A stretch of DNA of 64,000 bases from Eledone cirrhosa (GCA_964016885.1 OZ024745.1:63240001-63304000); one strand, 5' to 3'; shown: positions 1 to 13,936, counted from the stretch's first letter. Numbers and translations: made by a program. The notes: a model not told the origin generated them from the sequence alone.

Positions 1-615
1 GGTCCGTGTAGCAGACTATCTTGAATTGTGGACAGCCTATGCTAGACCTATCTATTTCCCAAAATAATCTAGATATGATCTGGATGACCCGATACGGTTT
101 GTCCAAGTCCACATTGGCACATTCGGGAAATCCAATCGATACCTGTCAGACATTTCAAAACGCCTGAGCAGGTCGGTGAGTCTCTTGCACCATGCCACAC
201 AGTCCCAGCGTGCATCTAAGATCCCGTTCCAGTCGCCCACTAACACTAAAGAGGTCTCCAGACGGAAGAAATCAGACCGCCCTGCTCCTGTCGGAGCATA
301 GACGCCTACTAGCCTGAAAGCTTTCCCGTCTCCGCTGGTCACGACCTTCTGGGTCCAGGAAGATGGCCCGTATGGCGATATCCAAACCTCTCCGAAAAAG
401 CACAGCAACTCCTCCCCCCGATCCATGACGGCTGGGAGATGCGTACACATCGTAGCCGCCGAAGATCGGTGCGAAGGCCCCTTCTTCGGAGGTATGGTCT
501 CGCTGATGGCCACTATATCTATGTTTAGTGACCTGAGGTCTTTGAGCAGGTGGCCCTGCTTCCATGACGACCCCAAGCCACGCGCATTTATGCTGCCTAT
601 TCTGAGTGAGGTCAT
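1..615 (-). pseudogene. Tx1 ORF2 APE endonuclease domain, with frameshifts and small deletions
   Basis: ORFs 52..615 and 272..649 together rebuild the APE domain and align with the intact ORF2 at 36190. Confidence 0.9.
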
Positions 616-649
616 GTTGAAATGGAGTGGAAAAGATGGGAAAGACCAC

Positions 650-2213
650 TTACCTTACTTCTCGTAGAGGAAGGATGGTTTCTCCATCCCTTTTCACTTG
701 AATGTCTGGTGAAGGGACCGTTGAATCGTCCCTTCGGCTGGTCGTAGGCTCTTCTGTGAGTATATCCGAATATACTTCCGTTGGGGAAATCCGTTTTAAT
801 GTTTGTGTATTGTTTCTGTGCTATTCTTACCAGTCTTATGTTCGTTGGTGTTTTGATTAGTGCTGGTATTATATAGTCATGCTGTGAAATGTCTGTGTGT
901 TCAATTATGTAAGTCATTAGTTTCTTGTTGTGTATTTATTGCTGTGCATTTGTTTTTCTGGGTGTGGGGTGTGGTTCTGTTATTTTCTTGTCGTTGTTGC
1001 TGGGTGTGTGTGTTTTGTTGTTTTTGCGATGTTGGTGCTTGTGGTGGTGGTGGTGTTGAAGGTGTTGTTGTTGTTTGCGGTGGGTTTGCTGCTGGTGCTG
1101 ATGGTGGTGCAAGTGTGGTGGTGATGGTGTTGGTGGTGTTGCTGTAGTCAGTCTCTTTGCAGTAGCCTTTACCCTTTTTTCATTTCTTTCCTCCCTTTTC
1201 GAAGGAGACGATGCGCTGCTTCTGCATGTGTGCCTTCTTGCGACCTTTTGCCATTCCTCCCCCACCTCACACTCCATATCCGATTCTGTGAGGTCGGGGA
1301 GAGGTACCAGTTGGTGATGTTTTCAGTGGAGTCTCTGTTGCAGCTGCAGTTGGTATTACTGTTGTTGTTGTTAATACTTCCACTGCTGCTGCTGTTCTTG
1401 TTTTCCGTGTCGTGGGTATCGGTGCTACGGACCTATCCTTCCTGATTGGGGCCTGTCCTCTTGCTGGTAGCAGTGGAGCCGGTTTCGGAAGTAGGGGGGT
1501 TTCCTCCTTTCTCAGGGTCTTCTAATTGCAGAAGGCCCTGAGGTGAGTCTTCGATCCACAGCGAAAGCATTTCGGGCGTTTGCTCTAAACACTCATGGGC
1601 AGTTGAGTGCCGTTATCGAAGTCTATCACATCCGGCATAGCTTCGATGCACGCCTGGTTGGTTTGGATTAACATCTCAATGGAGGTGTCGACCCAATCTT
1701 CTCATACTTTTTTCTGTATTTGCAGTACAGTTATTTTGTCCTCGATTCCGACGAGGACAGACGCGGCCAGCCAAGAATGAGCTATCCCGCGGGGGACGTG
1801 GGTCAGTTTGACCCTCACAAATTTTTGCCCGCAGTAGGAGGGCACCAACACCATTTCCTCGTTCCTTAGGGTCACTAAGGATTGAGCCTTTGCCTCCTGG
1901 GGTGTGGCAAATAGCACGTCCACGGTGGCATATTTCTTGCCTCGTGTGATATGCGTTTTCCGCTGCCACACAGACCCTAAGGCTTTTTTGTATTTGAGCC
2001 TCTGTGGCTCTTTCAACACTATGGGATTTTGTGTTTGCTGTACGGTACGTGATCGTACAGTGCTGTTGGGTTTCGAAAAATCTTTCGGCTGCCTTGCAGA
2101 TTGATCGGTGTCCGGTACTCGCCTCCATCTTCTTTGCTTCCTGTAATTCCTCATTTGTTATAAGGATAATTTCCAGGTTCTTTGCGATACCTGCAAACGA
2201 GATTGGTTTTTCT

Positions 2214-2251
<38 letters not shown>

Positions 2252-2760
2252 GACGTCAGAGCTGCTGTTACTTTTGTTGTTGCTGCTGGTACTACGACTG
2301 CCGCCGCCGCTGTTGCTGTGGTTGTTGTTGTTGTTGCTGCTGTGTTGTTGTTGCTGTTGCTGCTGCTGTTGTTGTTTATGCTGCTGCTGATGTTGTTGCG
2401 GCTGCTACTAGTGTTTTCCTTGTCACTGTTGCTGCTGCTGCTGTTATTACGGCTGCTACTGCTATTCTTCATGACGTCAGACGAATGAAAAGGCTTTCCG
2501 TATTTACCGCACACATTTTTCGTCGTTGTCGTCGACGTGGAGAAATGTTCCACGGTATGCACGTGCACTTGGTGAAAACTATCAGAAACTATATTTTTCT
2601 TTGTCTTTAATGGCGTCGCTTGCGAAAGAGAAGGGATGGAGAGAGACACCTTTAGAGAAGGGAGGGAGAGAGACAATCTTCTCTCTGATGTAGTGACGAT
2701 TGAGGAAGCAGAAGACGGAATAAGTGGGAGTGACTTGTGAAAATTCTTTTTTGTAGCCAT
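650..2760 (-). pseudogene. Tx1 ORF1 (gag-like): low-complexity N-terminus, RRM-like region, CCHC knuckle; frameshifted
   Basis: KALGSVWQRKTHITRGKKYATVDVLF matches the ORF at 49384. Minus strand near 1528-1575 reads KCFRCGSKTHLRAFC (CX2CX4HX4C). Confidence 0.82.
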
Positions 2761-2975
2761 GTTTTTGGGGGTGTAAAATGAATATTGGGCACAAAACCCC
2801 AATAAGCGGTTATTCAACCCCGAAGGGCCAAATAACGGGCTGAAAGATCCCTCTCACGAGGGGGAGGGTGTTTTTATCTACAATTTGGTTAAAGTTTTAA
2901 ACAATTTACAATTGTTATAGCGGTTAAGAATTACTATACCTTACAGAGCCGAGCCTCCATCAACCATGGCATTAG

Positions 2976-3032
<57 letters not shown>

Positions 3033-3034
<2 letters not shown>

Positions 3035-3146
3035 TGTTTCTACTTTTGGCACAAGCCAGCAATTACCCCAGTGTATTACTGGTACTTTATTTTATCGACT
3101 CCCATAAGGATAGAAGGCAAAGTTAACCTCGGCGGGGTTTGAACTC

Positions 3147-3147
<1 letters not shown>
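3033..3147 (-). mobile_element. tRNA-type SINE, 5'-truncated, inside (TAA)n
   Basis: Matches the 3' part of the copy at 23293-23480 (gttcaaa..ccgccgaggttaactttgcc...gtagaaacaatt). Confidence 0.85.
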
Positions 3148-3213
<66 letters not shown>

Positions 3214-3480
3214 TACGGTTATTGATAATGGTGGTTGTGGTGGTAACAGCCGAAGTTATAGTGGTGTGTAGGTAGATGTGTAAAATATTAATGACAGTAG
3301 TGATAATAATAACATGAAAAGAAAGACGATATGTTTGTCTCTTGTAGATTGGTGAGTTGACTAGCCACCTGAATAACGAAACTTCTTGTTGAGTCAAACA
3401 ACGCCGTACGTTAAAACTATCCTCAACACAGAGTACTCACAACCTCTAGCTGGATTACGTTAAACGATACATTGTTATCC

Positions 3481-3516
<36 letters not shown>

Positions 3517-3518
<2 letters not shown>

Positions 3519-3912
3519 ATATATAAGATCAAAAGATGGTTAAAAGAGTTCCATGTATTTTATTATGCGCATTTCAAAAACAAATATCATCATGTGATAA
3601 CATTTGCGTTTTCGTCAGATAAAATAGGGAGACATGATATGAAGATTAAAAAACACATATGTTGATTTAAAACTGCACTATTCAAAAGTGTTTTTTAACC
3701 TTCATATCATGTCTCCCTATTTTATCTGACGAAAACGCAAATGTTATCACATGATGATATTTGTTTTTGAAATGCGCATAATAAAATACATGGAACTCTT
3801 TTAACCACCTTTTGATATTATATATTATTTATACTCCAGTCCTACAAACTGTAGAGTGCTACTTATCCGATATCTGCATTGTTTTATTGTACTACAATAA
3901 AACTCACCTCCT

Positions 3913-3915
<3 letters not shown>
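3517..3915. repeat. Fold-back element: arms ~3517-3656 and ~3688-3828, plus a unique tail, between (TA)n tracts
   Basis: About 140-bp near-perfect inverted repeat read directly from the sequence. Confidence 0.9.
3718..3788 (+). ncRNA. Type I hammerhead ribozyme, PLE-type with palindromic stem III; mirror copy on the minus strand at ~3556-3626
   Basis: tattttat-CTGACGA-[long stem II]-GAAA-tgcgca-TA-ataaaata. Stem I is a perfect 8 bp, the core is intact and stem III is the palindrome atgcgcat. Confidence 0.85.
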
Positions 3916-3947
<32 letters not shown>

Positions 3948-3952
<5 letters not shown>

Positions 3953-4141
3953 AAGAAAGTGTGGTAGGGAACCTGGTGGACCATAGCGCACCAGAGTACT
4001 CGATAATTTGGGCATGCCCATATTGAATTACCCCTTGAAAAGCTCGACTATTTCATTACCACGCTAAAAATTGAATTTAGTCCAGAAATAGCCGTCGAAA
4101 CGGCTCGAGCTCTGCCGTCGGGGTCCTGAACCTTTTCCCAT
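3948..4141. mobile_element. Short repeat family 'gaccccgacggcagagctc', rearranged copy between (TA)n tracts
   Basis: The two halves match 43273-43392 in opposite orientations. Confidence 0.75.
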
Positions 4142-4170
4142 ATATATATATATACATATATATATGTGTG

Positions 4171-4213
<43 letters not shown>

Positions 4214-4241
4214 AAACGCTTGAAAACGAACCGAATATTAA

Positions 4242-5468
4242 CTAGGCCGGAAAAACGCGCAAGCTCAAAAGAGCCTCACAATGTTATAATAAACCTTCAA
4301 AAGTGTGGGACTAGAGTTGTTGATCAAAAATATTGTAATCATTATCTATCGTACACACTGTGGCATCCTTTTATAAAAAAGAGACTCATAACGAACTCAA
4401 GACGACACGATAATTATTTAAGCTAATATTCAATATCTCATATTAGATGTTTAGTAATGATTAATACGAAATGCACTTAAACCGAATTCTATATTATAAA
4501 TTCACTTAAATAATTATCGTGTCGTCTTGAATTCGTTATGAGTTTCTTTTTTATAAAAGGATGCCACAGAGTGTACGATAGATAATGATTACAATATTTT
4601 TGAGCAACAACTCTAGTCCCACATTTTTGAAGGTTTATTATAACATTCTGTGGCTCTTTTGAGCTTGCGCATTTTTCAGGTCTAGTTTAATATTTTTTAA
4701 AGGTAACGCTTGTAATAACAATAGTTAAACATGATATATATTAATAATAAATTATCGTTGTAATGTAATTAGATTATATAATTGTTACTTTGTAAATGGT
4801 CTTATAAATATTATTGTAAGATGTATAAAAATATTTTCAGACTTTTAATATAAACAAGTACAAAAAACAATCAATATTAAATAAATATATTTTACATAAT
4901 AATTGTTATAGTTGAATTAATAAAAGTTAAATATTTGTTATAGTTGAATTGATAAAAATTAAATATTACATACAAATATTGTAACATAATAATAAAAAAA
5001 TAATCTAACATAATAATAATAAAATAATCTAACATAAAACGAACAATATCTGGACAAATATACAAGTAAATATGATACAACCAATATTATAAGCATGTTA
5101 TAACGAATTGAAAAAAATATAGTTAATATAAATTTAAAAAATCATTTATAAATTAACAATATAACTTACCAAAACGAGAAAAATATTTTAATGTAAACGA
5201 CGGAATACAGGAGGAAGATTCGAAGGCGAAACGATAAATAAACGTGCAAACAAAGTGGCGGATGCTGTTGAGCAACAATTACTCTCATTGGTTGATTAGC
5301 CAATAAGACGATGAAATTAGCCAATACGACGACACATTACAAAACATGTTTGGGAGGGATCACCACGGCCAGCGAAACCCCTTGAATATTGTATTCACAT
5401 GCTACGCATATATGTCAGGACACGCAGACTTAAAACATTCTGTTGTTAGTCACTGCGTGCCTAACAGA
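4242..5468 (-). mobile_element. Non-autonomous Helitron-like element with an internal inverted copy of its 3' end
   Basis: Minus strand reads A|TCtgttag...ggctcttttgagc (hairpin)...CTAG|T. Second copy at 20861-21820. Inverted arms ~4242-4421 and ~4504-4685. Confidence 0.65.
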
Positions 5469-5662
5469 TAATATTATATTAATAATACTATTATTCACTC
5501 ACGATACATTTAGGTATCCAGCAAGAAGAAGAAGAAGAAAATGAAGAAGAAGAAGAAGATATATGTATATGTGAGTCCCGGGTTCAAGCGGGGTTAACCA
5601 CTGTTAGTAAGGTATTCAAATACATCTGTAGATTGTAAACATCAAGTTTAATATAGAAACTG

Positions 5663-5706
5663 CTTCTACAGGACCGGATCTGTTTCATTCAAAATCATCT
5701 GGAAAG
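5663..5706 (-). ncRNA. Degenerate hammerhead-like motif
   Basis: ttc-CAGATGA-ttttgaat-GAAA-cag..ctg-TA-gaa. U4 is mutated and stem II is nearly absent. Confidence 0.4.
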
Positions 5707-6224
5707 CCGACCAGCTTAATCAATAGATAATAAATATTTGCATATTGTGTCACCGAGTTGAGGGAGTTATTTGCATTGATATAAATATCCACGGCATCAA
5801 ATTATCCCTCCTAAAATTATCCTGAGCAACCACAATTAAATGGAGAAAACTGCTGAATTAGCACTGAAATTTTGGCATCAATTAAATTATTCTGGTCCTG
5901 TGCATATGTTGGTAATGCTTATTACATGTTTTCATATAATGCGTTGCTCTGTATTCTCGGTGCGTCAAATTATATCATCTGCGTCGTTGAATAACGCCGT
6001 TTAATACATGCGATTTAATCCATCTACGACAATATTTTTTCTGTAATCAGATGCATAAAATAAGTACCAGTCAAATCTTTTGTTGATCCAATATATTATA
6101 CTCCGCAAATTAATATTATCTCAGAATAATTATGTTAAATATCGTTATCATATTACCCGTAAAATTATTAGAATACTTAAATGATTATTCCGCGTTTGAG
6201 ACTCATATAAATATCTCACACGCC

Positions 6225-6950
6225 TCCACAAAATTTGTTGGTCCGTTCAACCTTCAACCTCAGGAATAACACCATTGCCTCTCTCCTTCCCTTCAAGATG
6301 TTCAAATCGCGTCTCTTAGTCGTTGTCAAAAATAGAGTTGTGTCTATAATGACTAACTCAGCTCGTATGTCATTTAAATTTTGCACTTTTGCCTGTGGCA
6401 CGTTACTTTAGTTCCTCTAGTATAACATTCAACCCTTTTCCCTTTGTGTTGTATTTCCTTGTAATTCTATCCTTACTATCTATGTTTTATAATGCTCTGT
6501 TTAATAAAGACACAAATCTTTTTTTTAATTTACTTGATTTGGCCATTCAACCGCTTTTTTTACCAAGGTTCTCTCTTTTCTCGTCTGTTTTCCCTTGTTT
6601 TGATGCCAAGTGATTTGTTCACCACATTTGCGGCTGCTTTGAGGATTATTGAAGATTCTTTGCCTCGAAGTGTTGGAGGACAATATTTACCTTAACTCGT
6701 TTTCTTTAACTTTTTTCTGTCTACAACTCTTAGGTTCATAGGTTTTTGACTATCATTATTCATTTCATCCACCATTAAATTCAGAATATCAAAGAAATCT
6801 TGCTCGTTAGCGTTTATTTCTGAATGGCCGTATATTTATTCTAGATGTGATTCATCTCAACCATAACCTTTCTTCAGATAATATTTCATTACAGTTTTAC
6901 TCAATTCCTTTGTCCAATTGGTTCTTTCCTCGTTTCTTCTCCTTCTTCCA
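6225..6950 (-). mobile_element. Old, decayed R4/Dong-type LINE, N-terminal region; 5' UTR may extend to ~7400
   Basis: Manual translation gives NWTKELSKTVMKYY, EPW*KKRLNGQIK and RKYNTKGKGLNVILEELK*RATGKSAK, resembling the pre-RT region of R4/Dong/Rex6 proteins; many stops. Confidence 0.6.
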
Positions 6951-8623
6951 AAATCAGCAGAATTTGGATGACAGCCCGATCATGCTGCTAAACCAGGGAG
7001 TACTTGCCGGGTGAGACCTCTTCACATGACATGGCGACTAGCAGTAAACTTTAACCGTGTCATATTACAGACCTTGATGGGGGTGATTGTTTCGTTGGGG
7101 TGTGAGGGGACCTGTCTAGACGAGTTTTGTAGCGTTTTGGGGTAGTGAATTGTCAACTTCCTTCGGACTTGTGCCTGCGCAGACCGGTGCGGGTGAATTG
7201 GGGCTCACAAGGGAATGGGCGAAGGATTCAAGAACACACGCTTTGTCCGTCCCCTTGTCTATTCAATTTGGATTGCCTCGGGAACATAACCTTATCATGT
7301 AAGAAGCTGTCTGATGATGTCACGGCACTGGGTACACTGAAGCGTGTGGCAAATGTCGTCATTGAAATATGTATCACAGCATTATCAATAAAACACTTTA
7401 ACATCTGAAACTACTTCGCATTTTCTTATTCTAAATATACTCCGTCACTCCTATGTGGAAAAAAGTACATTGAGTGCTTGAATTGAATTGCATCAATGTT
7501 TTCCTCAGGTATATATATATATATATAATATCGCGTTGATTATATAGGTGAAATTACGCCTGCCTGGCGGCAATGTTTGTACAAGAGTTTCTAGTCTATA
7601 ACAGCTTGCGACACTGCAAAGTCTCATCTGTAAGACCAAGTGATCCAGAGACAAGCAAGTGCAAGATCTTTGGCTTGATAAAACTTTGGATATTATTTCG
7701 GAGTAGACATCCTCTGTAATTTGCTTCAAATAAGCTAGAGGAATATCTCACCCACTGGAATATTGTGCACTCGTATGCTATACCATATACTTTCATATAT
7801 ACCCATATTATGCTTAACGCTGGTTACATGTTCAAATATCAAGCTGAACGCTTTATGAATTTTCTAGTAATATGGCCAATCCTTTAGAGAGAATTAATAT
7901 TTCTTCCATAGTTCTTTGGTCAGCATCCACCCAAAATGTCCCACTTATATTTGTGGTTTGCCTAGGGAATTCTCAATCACCAAATGTGGGGCTGGCGAGT
8001 GTTTATCAAATTCGGACGTGGTAAGTTCAGAAGAAAAACAAATCAAAAGAAAAAGATTTGTCTTAATTTCATCACTATAATACATTGCATCTTCCCAATT
8101 ATGGTTTTCTGGTTCCTGTGTGGCTACATATTTTCATACAACACACATAGCAACACAGGTAAAGAAGGAAAGTGTTTAAATTTATAGCAGGTGAGTTAAG
8201 AACGGTTTAACAAATTAAACCTTGCTAAACCAAGATTAAATCATTCGCTAGAACTAATTGATAATGAGAGATTATGATTCAGTAATTTTGATATGCGAGA
8301 CATGTTCCCATGGAAATCTATCAGATGAACGTAGTTGTAATGGGCCTGGAAATAATTAGGGACGTCGATTTCGAATTTGGATTTACAACAATCCATACCT
8401 ATCTATCTATTCCGCCAACATTCATTTTATGTATGTATGTAATACACACACACAGAAACACGCGCACACACACAACACACACACATACACAAAAAACACA
8501 CACATACACACATACACACACACACAACACACACGCACACACATGTATATATATATCTGTTCCTCCCATTCTTTCCTGTACCCATTCTTTATCTGTCTAT
8601 ATCATCTTTTATTTCTTATTTTA

Positions 8624-8659
8624 TCTTCTGATGAAGGATTAATATCAGAAACGTTAAGA
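8624..8659 (+). ncRNA. Minimal type I hammerhead ribozyme
   Basis: tctt-CTGATGA-a-ggat taat atca-GAAA-cg-TT-aaga. One mismatch in stem II; palindromic aacgtt in stem III. Confidence 0.65.
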
Positions 8660-9129
8660 CACATTTCCTATTACTCCAAGCGCTGTTCTGATTTGTATTT
8701 GTATCTCTTTCTATGTATGCGTTCAAATCAGAAATCAGCGTGGTGAATGAAATCTAACCAGTACAATATACGCTTAACAGTACATATCTTATATAACGTA
8801 ACAGAGCCGGCAGCAATGCATATATACCTTGATGGACGATACCCGTTTGTCTGTCTAATAGCTGTTTACACACATTATGATATATAAGGGTTTCTCTCTG
8901 TAGCAGAATTCATATGGGACGCTGCAATCATACATACACGTTGTTTTGCTTGTCTTTTCTTAATTTCTTCTGCTTGATTTCAGTTTTGCTTTCGGAACTG
9001 AATTACAAATAATCACGGTGTTGAATCCAAAATTGGTTTTAATCAAGGCTTTATAATTGAATGAACTGCGTATTATAAGAATTTAATACACGCCATTCAA
9101 AATATGATATTGTATATACACATCTCTCT

Positions 9130-9327
<198 letters not shown>

Positions 9328-9333
9328 TATATA

Positions 9334-10409
<1,076 letters not shown>

Positions 10410-10434
10410 TTTCCATTTATTTAATATCATTGAT

Positions 10435-10483
<49 letters not shown>

Positions 10484-10489
<6 letters not shown>

Positions 10490-10801
10490 GTGAGGTTTTA
10501 TTTACAAAATGAAAAATAACCGAGGTGTCCTACACGAGTGAAAGTATAAAGAAAAGGAGATGAAATCGAAAATGCAACTGGAGTCTTATTTTTTTGTTTA
10601 AATATATATATTTATTTGGTTCCGTTACTGGTTTCGCAGTTCTTCTGCTTTTCAGATGTAAGAAAAACCACAGACCCTCCATCTCAACTCACCTTTTGAA
10701 AAGCAGAAACACTGCGAAACCGGTAAAGGAACCAAATAAATATATATATTTTTTAAAAAAATAAGACTCCAGTTGCATTTTCGATTTCATCTATTTTTCT
10801 T

Positions 10802-10806
<5 letters not shown>
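10484..10806. repeat. Fold-back element: arms ~10545-10652 and ~10697-10806, plus a tail, between (TA)n tracts
   Basis: About 108-bp imperfect inverted repeat. Confidence 0.88.
10692..10729 (+). ncRNA. Minimal type I hammerhead with a U3/A8 core variant
   Basis: cctt-TTGAAAA-gcag aaaca ctgc-GAAA-ccgg-TA-aagg. Stems I and II are perfect and stem III is the palindrome accggt. Confidence 0.65.
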
Positions 10807-10854
<48 letters not shown>

Positions 10855-10856
<2 letters not shown>

Positions 10857-13045
10857 AAAATAACAGATGAAATAAAGTTGAAGCAAAGAATCGCTGCTTT
10901 CACCCATAACGGGATCTTCTGAAACTAACAAAGTCAATCTGTAAACGCAGAAGTGGCTATTTCAAAAAACGTTGCAACCGGAGGAAGACAGGAAGACGAT
11001 ACTTTGGTTCGTGGAAACGTTCCCTGGCAAAGAACGGGAAAAAACGAATATAATAAAGTAGAGCGGAGAAAAACAATTACACGCAAAGACAGAACCACGT
11101 TCATGGTATAAAAGAAGTCGTTGACTAATGTTCTCTTAGGTGGTTCATAGAGACGTTCTCTGGCAATGAACGGAAAAAACGAAGATAATACGTCATATGT
11201 GGATCGTGGAGAACAATTGCACGCAAAGACAAAACCACGTAAACGGTATAGCTGAAGTCGTAAACTAAAATTATAACTAGGAAACCGAAAGATTCTCCAC
11301 TTCAGAGTTAAGAATAAAGTAAATAAAATACAATACAGAGGTAATTGAAATTAAATAAATACATACACGCATCCAAATACGTACATAAACAAGCATACGC
11401 GAAAACACTCGCCATATATATACAAATCCACGCACATATATATATGTGTGTGTGTGCGTGTATACAAATAAATAAGTAATTAAATAAACGTATATAAATA
11501 AATAAATACGTAATTAACAAACGCACACACATACCTACATGTAAATACACAAATGTTCGGAGACTACGTCAACCGAAACATGAAGTACACATATACACAC
11601 ATCCGACATACGTACGAACCTGCATACTCACACAGATGCAAAACTCCCGTATACACATAATCAAAAGCATATGTACCAGAATATATAAAAATATACGCCG
11701 TAATATATGCAATCAAATATACGTACGAGAAAGTATACGTACCTTCACAAAACATACAGGTAATATATACTTCCCTATGCAAATAAGTAACGGTATAAGC
11801 ATAACATATACTTACCTACCACACCAAGACGTAAAATATCCACGTATAGATCGTACTATCCGTTGGGGTATAATGTGGGGCTGTAATACAGGAAAGTTTT
11901 GTGCAATTTATGTTTACAAGCCGAAATTGCCTCAGATTTTTTGTTTAAGATGTGGTCTGTGGCGTAGAGTATTTCCAGGGCCTCAGTGGCGCAGAGGTCA
12001 CATGGTCTTTTATTTTATTTCCGTTATACGATCTAGCCCTAGCTAGGATCTCCCAGTGTAACTTATATTGGGTGTGGTTGTCTTTTAGACTCCAGATATA
12101 AGCTGAAAGTGACGTCATATTCCTTCTTAGAGGGTAACGAAAAGAATGGGTATGCATGTAAAGACGCTGCTTGAATCTATTGGCGGTTAACCCTATGTAG
12201 ACTCTGTGGGACGTGGGTGTTTCAACCTTACATTTGTAGACAATGTTACTAGAGAGGCATTTCCCGGATACGGGGCAATCAACCCGATTCCTACAATTAC
12301 AGTTAGCACTAACTACAGTGTTGCACGTGTTCCTACGGCTAGGTAGTTTAGCTAAATTTGAAGCTGTGATGTTATGTGCAAGGTTAGGAGTCGTAGAGTA
12401 AGAAATTTTAATAGTATTTCTATTAAACATTTTACTATATTTATGTGTAGGGGGAAAATGCTTCGTAATAAGGGATAGAAAGATCTTAGCTAATGGTGTG
12501 GCCACCTCCATATTATATAGTGGGTTATACCATATAATGCGACGGGATCTGTTTCTTCTAGGTCTATTCTCGTACTCTGTATATGCCACTTTATCGACAA
12601 ATCTACTCTGAGAAAGAGCTTCATTGTAATAAGTGGAATGGTCGTTGAAAATATGCTCGTTAGTAGATAGACGGGAAAGCCTCAACGAAACGTTTCTTAC
12701 CAGGTTCTTGGTTATGCTGGCAGGATGGTTGGAATGCTTACTTATGTAATTAAGCGTATCATTCGGCTTTCTATACGGGTAATACAAGCCATTCGATAAA
12801 TTGAGGGTAACGTCGAGGTAATTAACGACCGAGAGGTTGGCCTCAACCTGTATAGAGAGGTTGAAGCCTTTAAAGAAGGCTGTGAGTTCTTTTCTGAACC
12901 TGTCGCAAGTACGAGGGCCGCACTTAGTTATGGTCAAACCACCGCCCGCGTTGGGGAATTCGTCCTTGATAGAGAAAAGACGGAAAAGGCCGATAAGATC
13001 AGTAACCTCCGCAGAATCGCTGGCGCCCATACTCACGTCGAAGAG
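10855..13045 (-). mobile_element. Penelope-like element (PLE), 5'-truncated, probably Naiad-type; the presumed 3' UTR ends at (TA)n
   Basis: C-terminal half of RT, Cys-rich linker and GIY-YIG endonuclease. The 3' region holds a ~120-bp tandem duplication (~11015-11130 and ~11150-11270) and a decayed hammerhead-like motif at ~10890-10925. Confidence 0.8.
11856..13045 (-). pseudogene. PLE reverse transcriptase (partial) plus GIY-YIG endonuclease
   Basis: FDVSMGASDSAEV, NYLDVTLNL, IIWYNP, CNCRNRVDCPVSGKC, IVYKC...YIGLT...FKQRLYMH. The catalytic YxDD segment is missing. After a frameshift near 12010 the protein continues RPCDLCATEALEIL...LNKKSEAISACKH to a stop at 11856. Confidence 0.88.
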
Positions 13046-13506
13046 ATAGAAATATGTATGAGTGCATATTGTGAGACAAACAAAAATTAAAAGGAAATGC
13101 AAAAAGGAAGCAAGAGAGCGAGAGAGATATTCTAACGACAAATCCATGATTATGATGTAAATACACTTTAATAAATGGAACTTTTTTGAAAATAATATCA
13201 ATATAAACAACTGTCAATACATATAAATTACATGATCCATGATCCATGATCAATTTTGGATTCAACGAATATTATTCATATAACCTTTCTCTGGGAAATT
13301 TCTGTCTGAGGTTAGGGAAAGTTTAAAGCTGCACAAGGCAGTACAAAGCAGTACAAAGCTGATCAAATTATGTGACACTATTCCACGTTAAACCTATCCT
13401 CCAATGAAATGATGCAGGAAATTTTTATCACATAGTCTGTCTCCCCCATACGCACAAACAACCACACAGAGACACCCACAAACATAGGCACAAAGACACA
13501 CACACA

Positions 13507-13623
<117 letters not shown>

Positions 13624-13802
13624 TTAGAGAAAGAGAGAGAGAGAAAGATGCGTAAAATCAGACCCGCGGCACCAAGCGGTTTTGGCTCTTGTGTGTTTAA
13701 CAAGCATTTTCGGAATTTTTCAAATCTTTATACCTACACTACATCTCCCCATGCATCGACTACTCACATGATTACTGGTCTCTTCGGTCTCAGCACCACA
13801 GA

Positions 13803-13890
<88 letters not shown>

Positions 13891-13891
13891 A

Positions 13892-13936
<45 letters not shown>

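Larger units (their letters stand above)
1..2975 (-). mobile_element. Tx1/L1-clade LINE copy A: 5' UTR, frameshifted ORF1 and start of ORF2; runs off the left edge
   Basis: ORF2 N-terminus MTSLRIGSINARGL...SET...VYAP...GDWN (APE endonuclease). ORF1 pieces are homologous to copies C and D. The 5' end abuts a (TAA)n tract at 2976. Confidence 0.92.

Noticed and set aside
7590-7640. Hammerhead-like traces (CAGATGA-gac..gtc-GCAA on the minus strand; also ~20355 and ~59955)
   Set aside because: Core defects and weak stem I; possibly old copies but not supportable.
12230-12320. Selenocysteine recoding in the PLE linker
   Set aside because: All linker cysteines are encoded as Cys; no in-frame TGA.
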